From an uncultured Opitutales bacterium (lineage in GTDB: Bacteria > Verrucomicrobiota > Verrucomicrobiia > Opitutales > UBA2987): a stretch of DNA of 64,000 nucleotides. The translations under genes and the position numbers were made by a program. This document shows, in pieces, positions 27,762 to 37,490 of this stretch. The notes under the pieces are model-generated. The model did no database searches, was not told the origin of the DNA, and worked only from the letters and a program-made list of their open reading frames with translations. The number at the start of each line of letters is the position of its first letter. Within the stretch, counting starts at the first letter, position 1. The stretch is taken from positions 150,720-214,719 of the forward strand of contig CAZIUG010000015.1 in assembly GCA_964542645.1 (NCBI GenBank), in the 5' to 3' direction.

Positions 27762-28766
27762 CTAAGTGGGCACTTTCCCAAGCGAACCTCTCATAACCTT
27801 CAGCTCAGCCTCGACCAACCTTTCAGCCATCTCCGCGAAACCCACCTTCTGTTTCCATCCAAGCCTATCTCGAGCCTTACTAGGATTGCCCTTCTGAGGA
27901 TGAAGCTCAACCCGACGAGCCAGACTCGCATCAAAATCAACGTGTGCTTCCCAGTCGAGATTAACTACTCTAAAGCAAGCATCGACCAGTTCCTGAACAG
28001 AATGCGATTCACCAGTTGCAAACACATAATCTTCGATTTCATCCTCTTGCAACATCTGCCAAATTCCATAAACAAAATCTGGAGCCCAGCCCCAGTCTCT
28101 TTTAGCATCGAGATTTCCCAGCTGCAATCGATCCAGGATCCCCGTCTTTATAGCAGCAACTCCACGTGCAATTTTCTTGGAAACAAACTCAGGACTCCTT
28201 CTCGGGGACTCGTGGTTAAAAAGGATGCCTGATCCACAGGGAATTCCGTAGTTCTCCCGATAGATGGAAACCAATTGCTGAGAATAGGCTTTGGCTGCTC
28301 CATAGGGAGTTGCCATCCGAACAGGAGTAGTTTCATCCTGAACTGCTTCGTCCGTCTTCCCGAAAACCTCACAACTAGAAGCAAAGAATAACCGAGCAGG
28401 TTGATCTAGGAAGCGATTGAGCTCAAGCAACTGCAAGGTGTAGGTAGCGTTGCTATGTAAAGTCTCTTCCGGAAGATCAAAACTCAGCCTTGGGCTGCTT
28501 TGGCCAGCAAGATGGTAGATTTCATCTGGCCTAACTTTGTTGATAATTAGTCCCATTTGCACACTGTCGAAGTCCTCCATCGCGTGAATGAAGAGACGGC
28601 GCCCCAAAATCCCATCAATCCCCATCAAGTGAGCTAGATTCCCGGAAGACAACCTTGAAGGATCACGGGTGACCCCATGAACCTCATATTCTTTTCCCAA
28701 GAGGAGGTCACAAAGATATGAACCATCTTGTCCCGATATACCCGTTATGAGTGCTTTTTTCGCCAT
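27762..28766 (-). CDS. gmd: GDP-mannose 4,6-dehydratase
   Basis: KKALITGISGQDGSYL, PYGAAKAY (YxxxK), ILFNHESPRR and the overall SDR-extended layout typical of Gmd. 334 aa. Confidence 0.92.
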   Translation of the reverse strand: MAKKALITGISGQDGSYLCDLLLGKEYEVHGVTRDPSRLSSGNLAHLMGIDGILGRRLFIHAMEDFDSVQMGLIINKVRPDEIYHLAGQSSPRLSFDLPEETLHSNATYTLQLLELNRFLDQPARLFFASSCEVFGKTDEAVQDETTPVRMATPYGAAKAYSQQLVSIYRENYGIPCGSGILFNHESPRRSPEFVSKKIARGVAAIKTGILDRLQLGNLDAKRDWGWAPDFVYGIWQMLQEDEIEDYVFATGESHSVQELVDACFRVVNLDWEAHVDFDASLARRVELHPQKGNPSKARDRLGWKQKVGFAEMAERLVEAELKVMRGSLGKVPT

Positions 28767-28820
28767 CTAATCAGTCCGTTGTCTTCTCTATTTTGGACTC
28801 AATCGGTCCGTGTCCTCTCT

Positions 28821-28872
28821 TTAAAAAGCAACACAAAATCAAGGGGCCGCAGTTTTTCAACCGCGGCCCCTT
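28821..28872 (-). terminator. strong intrinsic terminator in the gmd 5' leader (attenuator or end of a small RNA)
   Basis: Perfect 10-bp GC-rich stem AAGGGGCCGC/GCGGCCCCTT (28841-28850 and 28863-28872) with a 12-nt loop. On the minus strand it is followed by GATTTTGTGTTGCTTTTT. No minus-strand CDS lies upstream of it. Confidence 0.45.
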
Positions 28873-29258
28873 CTCCCAATATGCAAAACACCGACAGACT
28901 AATTATTGGTTGATGAGTAAAAGGAGGTCAAGCAGCAATAGGAGAGTCATCACTCATGTACGGATAGACTTTAAGTATCGGGTCACCATTTTAACCCAAA
29001 TTAATCAGCGGACCTGTTTTAACTTACCGTTCCGCATTTCTGCCTTTTAGACGTACTATTGAGGCACTCAAAACTCACATATTCATTAAAATCCTAGTTC
29101 AACATTATGGAAGTCATAGTCCTTCAAGTTCGATAGACCTATTTCTTCTCCGGCAGACTCAAACTCGACAGCCCCTTCCTATAAAACCATAGTCTCTCGC
29201 CATTCCTATTTCAAGAATTGGATACAGAATGCATACTAATAACAATTGATTTGATACA

Positions 29259-30842
29259 TTGGTGTTGCCTCTATTCGAAAAAAATCATAACCTAATTCGA
29301 GTGACATTAAAGGAATCGATGGAGCTTGCAGGCGAAGGCTTACTCTCCTGGCTCGACCCAAAGAGGGATTATCTGCCCTATGGAAGATGGATCACTCATG
29401 ATGTCGGCCGCTGGTGGGATGCCATGCTTCGACTCGAGAGTGCAATAGGATTTCCAATTCCCGCACAGATAGAGGGGGCAAGTCTGCGTAATCTCCATTG
29501 GCTCACCGATAATCCCGACGGCATACTTTTCGTTCCCCCAGGCCTAGACTGGCACCTGATGAGATTCGAACTTCATAGCCTACGTGAGGGCATTCTGGCA
29601 TTTAGTGCTCTGGTCGAATTCCGTAACAGTCGTTGGGCCCGAGAGATGGGGCACCGATATCTTATGACGATCGACCGGTGTCTTAAAGAGGATTTTACGT
29701 GGGACGTGGATAAGTTTGAATACACTAGACAATTTGTCGGTTCTGAAAATGAACACCCTGTGCATATTCCAGCCAACGCTAACCAAGGCCAAAAATTACC
29801 GAGTCACGGCCGATGCATAGAAGCTTTGGTATGGTTCTATAAGGCTACCGGTGACGATCTGGCAATGGAATTAGCTGAACGACTGGCCCAATTTCATCTC
29901 CGGTATGCGACTAATTCAGACGGCACTATCCCAGCTGAACTCAGCGCTGAAGACTCACCTCAGGGGGACCGGCAATCCTATCTATATACCCTATGTGGTC
30001 TTCTCCTTTTCGGAACGATGACAGGCCAGTCAGAGTATGTGGATGCGGTGGTACACACCTATAAAGTAGGCGTTCCCAGCATTGTTAATCAGTCGGGATG
30101 GGTAGCCCACGATTTGGGCCGGCTGAATTATCCGGATAAAATCGGCAATCCAATGGCTAACACCGAGTCGACCGGAGCGGCTGCTCGTTTGGCATTATGG
30201 ATTGCCGAACACACCGGGAGACCGGACTGCTATGATGATGTCGAGCGCCTTGTCAGGGCACGGCTTTTCCCAGGGCAGACCATCGAAGAAGACCTCCTGG
30301 TAAAAAAACCTTCGAATTACCCAAGAAAGGCAGGAGGATGGGGTGAAAATGACTTTCCCCACGCCGGAAAGGGATGTAATCCCAGCGGAACCGCAGAGAT
30401 TATCCACACCTTTTGCGCACTCTACCAGCGGATCTACCGACACGACAAGACGGGCCTCGTCATCAACCTCCATTTCGATTACGATGACGATAACATCCAT
30501 ATCAACTCAGTCCGTAATGAACACGCTACCCTTACTATCACACCTCGCATCCATGACAATATCCTGATCCGAATTCCCGGCTGGGTCCCCCAGGAAACGA
30601 TTAAGTTTGAAGTTCAGGGCAAACCCATAACCCCCACCTTGGTAGGACCCTATGTTTTTTTAGCTAAAACTCATATCAGCATCGGGACTGAGATTTCGCT
30701 AAATTACGCCCTGCCGTCTAAGCGAACCACTGAAACCATGCCTGCGGGTGACACATATGAGTTCTCATGGCGCGGAGATGAAATCACTGGGGTAATGCCG
30801 AATGATAAACCACTTCCATTCTATCCATCGATGACCAGCTGA
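29259..30842 (+). CDS. hypothetical protein, possibly an (alpha/alpha)6-barrel glycoside-hydrolase-like fold (DUF1680/GH127-like, weak)
   Basis: 527-aa ORF with no shadow competitor. Helical-repeat-like segments (GRCIEALVWFYKATGD, NTESTGAAARLALW) loosely resemble six-hairpin enzymes. The track start is TTG 29259. The ATG at 29319 has AAAGGAA upstream and is the more likely start. Confidence 0.6.
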   Translation: MVLPLFEKNHNLIRVTLKESMELAGEGLLSWLDPKRDYLPYGRWITHDVGRWWDAMLRLESAIGFPIPAQIEGASLRNLHWLTDNPDGILFVPPGLDWHLMRFELHSLREGILAFSALVEFRNSRWAREMGHRYLMTIDRCLKEDFTWDVDKFEYTRQFVGSENEHPVHIPANANQGQKLPSHGRCIEALVWFYKATGDDLAMELAERLAQFHLRYATNSDGTIPAELSAEDSPQGDRQSYLYTLCGLLLFGTMTGQSEYVDAVVHTYKVGVPSIVNQSGWVAHDLGRLNYPDKIGNPMANTESTGAAARLALWIAEHTGRPDCYDDVERLVRARLFPGQTIEEDLLVKKPSNYPRKAGGWGENDFPHAGKGCNPSGTAEIIHTFCALYQRIYRHDKTGLVINLHFDYDDDNIHINSVRNEHATLTITPRIHDNILIRIPGWVPQETIKFEVQGKPITPTLVGPYVFLAKTHISIGTEISLNYALPSKRTTETMPAGDTYEFSWRGDEITGVMPNDKPLPFYPSMTS

Positions 30843-30898
30843 CTTTCGTTGCTACTACAGGATTGGGCATTCAAGGCTAAAAGTACGAGGGTTCAAAA

Positions 30899-32143
30899 TT
30901 GAATATCAATCAATTGCAGTCAAAAGTCATGCGTCTTGAACGGGAACTATGTGACGCGCAACAACAGCTAGCTCAAGCAACTTACAATCCTGAAGACTTC
31001 ACTGCGAACTTGGTGCAAAGTCGGTCTTATGCTGTTAACCCGAGCTCTGGGACACAGGCCAAAGTGGTAGATGAGTGCGTTGATTCTCTACACCGATACG
31101 GGTTTTGTGTTGTCGATAACGTGATTCCTGCCAACAAAGTATCAGTTATTCGCCAGGAAGTTATCCAAGCCCAAACTACGATTAGCCAGAACCTGAAAAA
31201 GATAAGGGAAGAAGTTGATAATGTTGGGCTAAATCCATCCAAGTTACTAACTGGCACAGAGGCGGAACTAAGACCGGTACGTCGAGTTGGGCATCTTCCT
31301 AAACCACCAAACGACATTGTGTGGATGCCTCAGTATGCTCAGTATCTGGCTCACCCGGTGATTACAGCACTGGCCCGCCAAGTACTGGATGACCATTTGC
31401 GAATTGCCCAGTTACACCTACGCATTATCGAGTCCAACCAACCTGATGGAACTCCCGGTGGCTTTGGCAAAGTCCAGTATCGGAGTCGAGACAACCGAGG
31501 ATGGCATACTGACTGGCCTCACGACCTGTCAGCCTATGGCGGTGACAAACCAGAGCACAACGCTGGCTGTATCCGTCAACCCTTCCCTGACGTCACCATG
31601 TGTCTAGTGATGATTTGGTACCTGACTGACGTGGATGAAAACTCAGGAGGAACTTGGGTTGTTCCAGGATCACATCGAGACAGACGTAATCCCAGGGGAC
31701 CATCTGACAACATCAATGTGGCAGCTCCTATTCCTGGTGAGATGCAAGTCACCGCAACTGCCGGCTCAGTCTACATCCAAGATTCGCGTAGTTGGCACGC
31801 CTCGCCCATGCATAACCCTGGTGGACAAGACAGGGTGGCAGTGCTTAACCGCTGGTGTCCCTGGTGGTTGTCAGTCGATGACTATGCTCCAGAAAATATC
31901 TTCAACACAATTTGCCAACCATTATCCCGAGCTGAGTATGAGTCCTTACCGACTGAGTTACAACCCTTCATGAAGCATCTATGCCCCGAAGTATGGGATA
32001 CAATTCAGCAACCAGTGCTTGATCGCGCAAAAGCCGCGGCTTTGCGAGCCAAATGGGGATTTGATCAGTTGGAAAACCCCTCAGGAAATCTAGCTCAGGC
32101 TAACGCTCATATTAGGGTGCCGTCACTACCTGATTCAAATTAA
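30899..32143 (+). CDS. phytanoyl-CoA dioxygenase (PhyH)-like Fe(II)/2-oxoglutarate oxygenase with an N-terminal coiled-coil
   Basis: GWHTDWPHD (HxD) and a later SRSWHAS histidine in a PhyH-like arrangement. The TTG start has GAGGG 7 nt upstream. It lies 56 nt after the preceding gene. Confidence 0.65.
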   Translation: MNINQLQSKVMRLERELCDAQQQLAQATYNPEDFTANLVQSRSYAVNPSSGTQAKVVDECVDSLHRYGFCVVDNVIPANKVSVIRQEVIQAQTTISQNLKKIREEVDNVGLNPSKLLTGTEAELRPVRRVGHLPKPPNDIVWMPQYAQYLAHPVITALARQVLDDHLRIAQLHLRIIESNQPDGTPGGFGKVQYRSRDNRGWHTDWPHDLSAYGGDKPEHNAGCIRQPFPDVTMCLVMIWYLTDVDENSGGTWVVPGSHRDRRNPRGPSDNINVAAPIPGEMQVTATAGSVYIQDSRSWHASPMHNPGGQDRVAVLNRWCPWWLSVDDYAPENIFNTICQPLSRAEYESLPTELQPFMKHLCPEVWDTIQQPVLDRAKAAALRAKWGFDQLENPSGNLAQANAHIRVPSLPDSN

Positions 32144-32243
32144 GATTTAATTTCTGTTTTACGGACCAAATAACCGCAATATCGTCAGCTTGGACTAGTA
32201 GACAATCTGATGTGAGAAGAAAAAATTTGATATACAAGTATTT

Positions 32244-32319
<76 letters not shown>

Positions 32320-32344
32320 CTTTGTCCTTTTAGGTTCTAAAAAA

Positions 32345-33622
32345 TTGTTTGGGATTCAATATTTAAATATCTATTTCCACCTATTTAGGGCACTAAAACA
32401 TGAGTTCTTACAGCAGGTTTTGAAGAACGCCCATCCAAATTTTAATCGTCTATTTCTTCTTGCCTCCAAAAGTCACGAGACAGGACGAAATCCAGACAAG
32501 ATCGGGTCAGATGACATTGATCTGGCACGATTGTACTCTTACGCGTTTCGTCGGCATGTAATTGGGGTCTTTAACGCCACGCGGGTCTTATTGGAAGCCC
32601 GTCCAAGATCTACAGAGCAAAGCGCGTTGCTTCGAATGCGGGCATGTGAACTGCTCGAGGACCTCGCCAATATGGCAATTGAACCCATTCCAGTAGATTT
32701 CACCGCCTTGTTGGCAACGTTTTACCGCTATGCAAATAATATCAAGAGGGCGGAGGCAGCAATGAATGAAGATGCGTCGTGTTCGCAGGATCCAGAAGTC
32801 CTACGAATCACGAAACGGTTTATTAACGTCGTCAACAGGGTTCGTAGCTCCAATGGGATCGAGTTGACCCGCGACACCGAGGCTCCGGAACAAGCCACCT
32901 TTGTTGTGCCTAACCTTGGGATCACTATTGTGCCCCTGGTTTATGGAGATTACCACAGTTGGAACCTAGCATGGCTTGATGGAGATCGTAGCGACGTACC
33001 GTATCACCGGCATTTCAATGGTGTAGAAATTCACCTCGGATACAGTCCAATCCGGGGTCATATCGTCCTGGACAACTATCGTGCCCTTACCAATGAGGGC
33101 TACGCCTTAGCAATTCCCCCAAACACTCGGCATGGCTATGTTAATGCAAGTGAGAAAACACATCACCTACCCTTTATTTTCGGTAGTTATAAGAGAGGCG
33201 GATGGGGTGTATTTTTCGACGTCGAAGCACAACCGATCCAGCTGAAAACACTACGGAAAGTACCTTTGGACAGCAATAGACTCAACACTCCTATCAGACT
33301 GGAAAGCATAATCCGTAACTTCGCCTGCCAGTCATTTTGTAAGCGTAAACGTATCCTCCCAGCGTGTCGTACCAATCGCAATGGGACTGGCGGTCTCGAA
33401 TTGCATCTCACCCGTGCTCCCATAGGTAAACCATATCTCCTCAGGAGCAACCGGTTTTTAGCTACATCGGTAGTCAGTGGATCCGGCCTTCTCCGGATGG
33501 CTGGCCAAGAATGCCCAATCGTCCTTCACGATCACTTTGGAATTCCGGGAGGAATTCCGGCCGAAATCGAAGGAGATGAAAAAGGTCCCTTGGTTTTGAT
33601 GGACGCAGATCTGGTTCCCTAG
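32345..33622 (+). CDS. cupin-domain protein, function unknown
   Basis: Cupin motifs HRHFNGVEIHLG and GYALAIPPNTRHGYVN in the middle of the ORF. The start is uncertain: the track's TTG is only 25 nt after the tRNA, and the first in-frame ATG is at about residue 98. Confidence 0.6.
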   Translation: MFGIQYLNIYFHLFRALKHEFLQQVLKNAHPNFNRLFLLASKSHETGRNPDKIGSDDIDLARLYSYAFRRHVIGVFNATRVLLEARPRSTEQSALLRMRACELLEDLANMAIEPIPVDFTALLATFYRYANNIKRAEAAMNEDASCSQDPEVLRITKRFINVVNRVRSSNGIELTRDTEAPEQATFVVPNLGITIVPLVYGDYHSWNLAWLDGDRSDVPYHRHFNGVEIHLGYSPIRGHIVLDNYRALTNEGYALAIPPNTRHGYVNASEKTHHLPFIFGSYKRGGWGVFFDVEAQPIQLKTLRKVPLDSNRLNTPIRLESIIRNFACQSFCKRKRILPACRTNRNGTGGLELHLTRAPIGKPYLLRSNRFLATSVVSGSGLLRMAGQECPIVLHDHFGIPGGIPAEIEGDEKGPLVLMDADLVP

Positions 33623-33832
33623 ACTATTTAATATCCGAGACCTTGACTCACCGCTAATTCCCATACTAATGCTTCCTCTAAGTGTGTGGTTTTTAATCCG
33701 TACCGGTTGTGTCCAGAGCTTACACTGTTACTTCACCAAATGGAAGTGGCCGTACTTCATTGCCGATAGAAATAGTGTCAGACGATTGGCTCATTAAATA
33801 CGGGTAGGTATTTCTAATCTAAAAGTAGACGC

Positions 33833-34654
33833 ATGGACACCGAAACCTTTCCTTTCCCGCTAGGAGTTCAGTTCACACTCTCTTCGGAATGCGACTACCC
33901 AGCCTTTCGAAAACGGCTTCGCACGATTAGAGAACTCGGCTACTCAGTCATTGAGCTAAACATCGAAGACCTGAGAACGGCAGACCTTTCTCTTATTAAG
34001 GACTGTCTATTGGAGAATGGGCTTTCAATGTCGAATTTCGCAACAGGTGCAACTGCGAAATTCGAAGGGCTTTCTCTGACTACGACTGATGACATGGTTC
34101 GAAAGGATTCAATCACCCGCACCCGAGAACTGATCGAGGTGGCTGCTTATTTCGATGCAGGTATGATCATTGGGATGCTCAAAGGTGGGCCTTCCGAAGA
34201 TCCACGTCTATCCCATAAACTCATAGTTGAAAGCTTAAACCAAATTGTCGACGTTGCGGAAGATCTTGGAATCCTCATCCTTCTTGAGGCTATTAATCGC
34301 CGGGAAACTGCCATCGCAAATACAATATGGGAGACTGAAGAGATCATCAACGAGGTCGGAAGTAAAGCGATGACCATACTCCCCGACACCTATCATATTA
34401 GTATCGAAGAAAGCTCCATATTCGGTTCTCTTTCCAAATATCTAGATGCCTTTCAGACTATCCATATTTCGGATAACAACCGGAGATTTCCAGGTTTTGG
34501 ATGCATCGACTTTCTTAGTTTATTCAGGGCACTAATCGATGCTGGCTATAACGGCTATTTAACGCTTGAGGGAAATACTGCACAGGCGTTCGAAATTGAT
34601 CTCACTATAGCTACTCAGTATTTAGCTAAGACCTTTTTAAAGATTTATGAATAA
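33833..34654 (+). CDS. sugar phosphate isomerase/epimerase (xylose-isomerase-like TIM barrel)
   Basis: 273 aa. The pattern GYSVIELN, ILLEAINR..., LPDTYH, HISDNNR is typical of the family. It overlaps the next gene by 8 nt. Confidence 0.8.
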   Translation: MDTETFPFPLGVQFTLSSECDYPAFRKRLRTIRELGYSVIELNIEDLRTADLSLIKDCLLENGLSMSNFATGATAKFEGLSLTTTDDMVRKDSITRTRELIEVAAYFDAGMIIGMLKGGPSEDPRLSHKLIVESLNQIVDVAEDLGILILLEAINRRETAIANTIWETEEIINEVGSKAMTILPDTYHISIEESSIFGSLSKYLDAFQTIHISDNNRRFPGFGCIDFLSLFRALIDAGYNGYLTLEGNTAQAFEIDLTIATQYLAKTFLKIYE

Positions 34655-36026
34655 AGAACTGTCTTTTCGACCTCTACGTAAGCCAAATGTTATATGGGTC
34701 TTTGGTGATCAGCATCGAGCCCAAGCACTAAGCCACCGTGGAGATCCCAATGTCTTTACACCCAATATCGACAATCTCTCCAGGACTGGAATGAATTTTG
34801 AATGCGCGGTTTCGGGAGCACCTTGGTGCACACCTTTTCGCGGTGCTTTACTCACGGGCAAGTACCCGCACCAAAACGGAGTCATCAGGACACCAAGCCT
34901 ACTTAACCCAGATATCCCAACAGTCGCCCACTCGTTCAATGACGCTGGATACCACACTGCCTACGTGGGCAAATGGCATCTAGATGGATCTAACCATAGG
35001 GAACACTACGTCCCCCCCCATCACAGGGGGAGCTTTAAGTTCTGGATGGGCTACGAGAACAATAACAACCAGCACGAAACCTATGTCTATGGGTCAACGA
35101 ACGAGACTCCCCAGCGCTTGCCCAAATATGAGACCGAAGGCCTGACCGACATCCTTTTGGGACATCTAGAGAAGCATGTTGGACAAAGAGAGGACTACGA
35201 CCCGTTTTTTGCTGTACTCTCGGTCCAGCCTCCACACGGACCCTATGTCACCCCGATCAACTCGCAACAGGGAAAACATCACATACATCCTTCAAAAATC
35301 AAGCTCCGTAACAATGTGCCGGCAATCCCCTCAATGCGTTTTAACGCTTCTATCGATCATGCAGGTTACTATGCTATGATAGAAGATCTCGATCAGAATA
35401 TTGGACGCATCTGTGAAACTCTTAAGGATTTAAGTATAGACCGCGAAACCTACATTATTTTCTTTTCTGACCACGGGAATTTACTATGGAGCCATGGTCA
35501 GACTGGAAAATCATCGCCATGGGAAGAGTCTATTCGCGTACCCTTTATCATCAGCAAAGTTGGAGGACCGGAGAATATGTGCTGTGGCCGAACCGACGCC
35601 CTGTTGAACCACGTAGACATAGCGCCAACTACTCTTGGACTCTGTGGGATTCCTGTACCGAATGAAATGGCTGGCTACGATTATTCAAGACATTGTATCC
35701 CTGAATACGCACCCGAATATCGCGAAAACCCTGATCGTACTGCCGAACCGGACTCGGCTTACCTCCAACAAATCGTACGAAAGATGAACCCAAATACTGT
35801 TAACAAGGCCTGGCGTGGTGTTTTAATGCGGGACGGTTGGAAGTATGTCTGCATTCCCGGTAGCGATTGGCTCCTTTTTGATACTAAAAACGATCCTTAC
35901 GAGCAGGCCAACCATGTACACAGTACAAATTTCCAAATGCAGAAAGTCCACTGCTACAATAGACTTTCAAGATGGATCAAAGAAACAGGAGACGATTTCG
36001 AACTACCGAATATTCGACTTCCTTAG
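34647..36026 (+). CDS. sulfatase (formylglycine type), no signal peptide
   Basis: The active-site CTPFRGALLTG (C-x-P-x-R), N-terminal VIWVFGDQHR and later FFSDHG are present. The N-terminus MNKELSFRPLRKPN has no hydrophobic signal sequence. Confidence 0.9.
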   Translation: MNKELSFRPLRKPNVIWVFGDQHRAQALSHRGDPNVFTPNIDNLSRTGMNFECAVSGAPWCTPFRGALLTGKYPHQNGVIRTPSLLNPDIPTVAHSFNDAGYHTAYVGKWHLDGSNHREHYVPPHHRGSFKFWMGYENNNNQHETYVYGSTNETPQRLPKYETEGLTDILLGHLEKHVGQREDYDPFFAVLSVQPPHGPYVTPINSQQGKHHIHPSKIKLRNNVPAIPSMRFNASIDHAGYYAMIEDLDQNIGRICETLKDLSIDRETYIIFFSDHGNLLWSHGQTGKSSPWEESIRVPFIISKVGGPENMCCGRTDALLNHVDIAPTTLGLCGIPVPNEMAGYDYSRHCIPEYAPEYRENPDRTAEPDSAYLQQIVRKMNPNTVNKAWRGVLMRDGWKYVCIPGSDWLLFDTKNDPYEQANHVHSTNFQMQKVHCYNRLSRWIKETGDDFELPNIRLP

Positions 36027-36209
36027 AATAATCAACATGAGATTTATTTGTCGGTGTTTCATTCCGCCCCCAGATCTTGTCCTGAAAAATTATTTTCCAT
36101 TTTCTGACGATCAAATATCTACCAGGAATGAAATCCAGCTACCCTTTCAAAACAAATCAAACAGAACATTAACCAATACGCTCTATCGCGCATAGAAATA
36201 ACTGCTTAA

Positions 36210-37181
36210 ATGAAAAATAATCAAAAGGTTCATCTCGCTCTTCAGTTGGAGACCGATCTCAAAGAAAAATTGAACTCATTGTTCCAAGTAACAGAAGAAG
36301 ACTCCGATGCTTCCAAGTCAGAAATATTATCGGCAATCGAAGATGTAGAGGGCATTTTGGGATTTCCAAATCTAAGTATGGACGCGGACTTCTTCGATGC
36401 AGTGCCTAATCTTCGTGTCCTCTCCCTAGCCAGTGTTGGCTACGACGCTGTCGATGTGGATGCAGCAACCAAGCGAGGAATCGTCATCTGCAACACACCG
36501 GGTGTATTGACCAATGCCGTTGCCAACCTCACAATCTCGATGATCTTTATTATTACCCGAAAGCTGATTGAAAATGAGACCTTCGTCCGCACTGGTGGTT
36601 GGGCCCGCGGAAAACCCGCACCGGCCCTGGGAACGGATATTGAAGGAAAGGTGCTTGGTCTGATCGGTTTCGGACGTATAGGGCAAGAGGTTGCGAGAAG
36701 AGCCCAAGCATTGGGTATGAAAACCCTTTGGTACGATGTTTTCGACACCCTCCCCGATGGGGCTCCGAACAGTGATTATAGAAAATTAGACAACCTCCTA
36801 GAAGAATCAGACTTCGTTAGCCTCCACACTAACCTCAGTCCCTCTGCTCGCCACTTAATCGGTGAAGTTCAACTAGAGAAAATGAAAGAAACCGCCTACC
36901 TCATCAACACTGCTCGGGGCCCCTTAGTCGATCAATCCTCTCTTACTAAAGCATTAAAATCGGGTACGATTGCTGGGGCAGCTCTAGATGTCTTTGAATC
37001 CGAGCCAACAGCGGAAAACGAGCCTATTACCCAATTAACAAACGCTTACTGCTTCGCTCATATTGCAAGTGGCACAGAAGAGACCCGCCGCGCCATGCGT
37101 GAACTAGCCCTCCAAAATTTAATCGCTGTACTCTCGGGAAAACATCCTCCAACTCCGGTTAATCCAGAAGTCTTAAAATAA
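36210..37181 (+). CDS. D-isomer-specific 2-hydroxyacid dehydrogenase (glyoxylate/hydroxypyruvate reductase-like)
   Basis: NAD fold GLIGFGRIGQEVARRA. The catalytic region NTARGPLVD...ALDVFE.EP...H has the family pattern. Confidence 0.9.
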   Translation: MKNNQKVHLALQLETDLKEKLNSLFQVTEEDSDASKSEILSAIEDVEGILGFPNLSMDADFFDAVPNLRVLSLASVGYDAVDVDAATKRGIVICNTPGVLTNAVANLTISMIFIITRKLIENETFVRTGGWARGKPAPALGTDIEGKVLGLIGFGRIGQEVARRAQALGMKTLWYDVFDTLPDGAPNSDYRKLDNLLEESDFVSLHTNLSPSARHLIGEVQLEKMKETAYLINTARGPLVDQSSLTKALKSGTIAGAALDVFESEPTAENEPITQLTNAYCFAHIASGTEETRRAMRELALQNLIAVLSGKHPPTPVNPEVLK

Positions 37182-37490
37182 TTTGTGACCGCCAGAATAC
37201 AACCTTCACACCAAAATTGTTGTTAGGATGTTGATTGGATAATCAGAAAAAATCTCGGATATTGCTTCCGATCCAGAACCGACCACCCTCAACGATGTAG
37301 ACTCGTATCCAGACCACGAGTTTAACCAACAACCATCCCTAAAGTATCGCGCCTCTACCCGAAGTAGAAAGACAAACACCCTTAACAGCAATCGCAAGGA
37401 GTCCTCATCAGCATTACATCAAGATCAAGGAACATTCTCCCAAGAAGACTGAAAATATCGTAACCAATCGCAAATTTAAGAAGTGAGCTT

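Noticed and set aside
28921-28962. Strong SD-like AAGGAGG on the plus strand.
   Set aside because: The nearest downstream ATG is about 27 nt away and opens only a 3-codon ORF (M-Y-G-stop). It is probably fortuitous, or part of the minus-strand leader structure.
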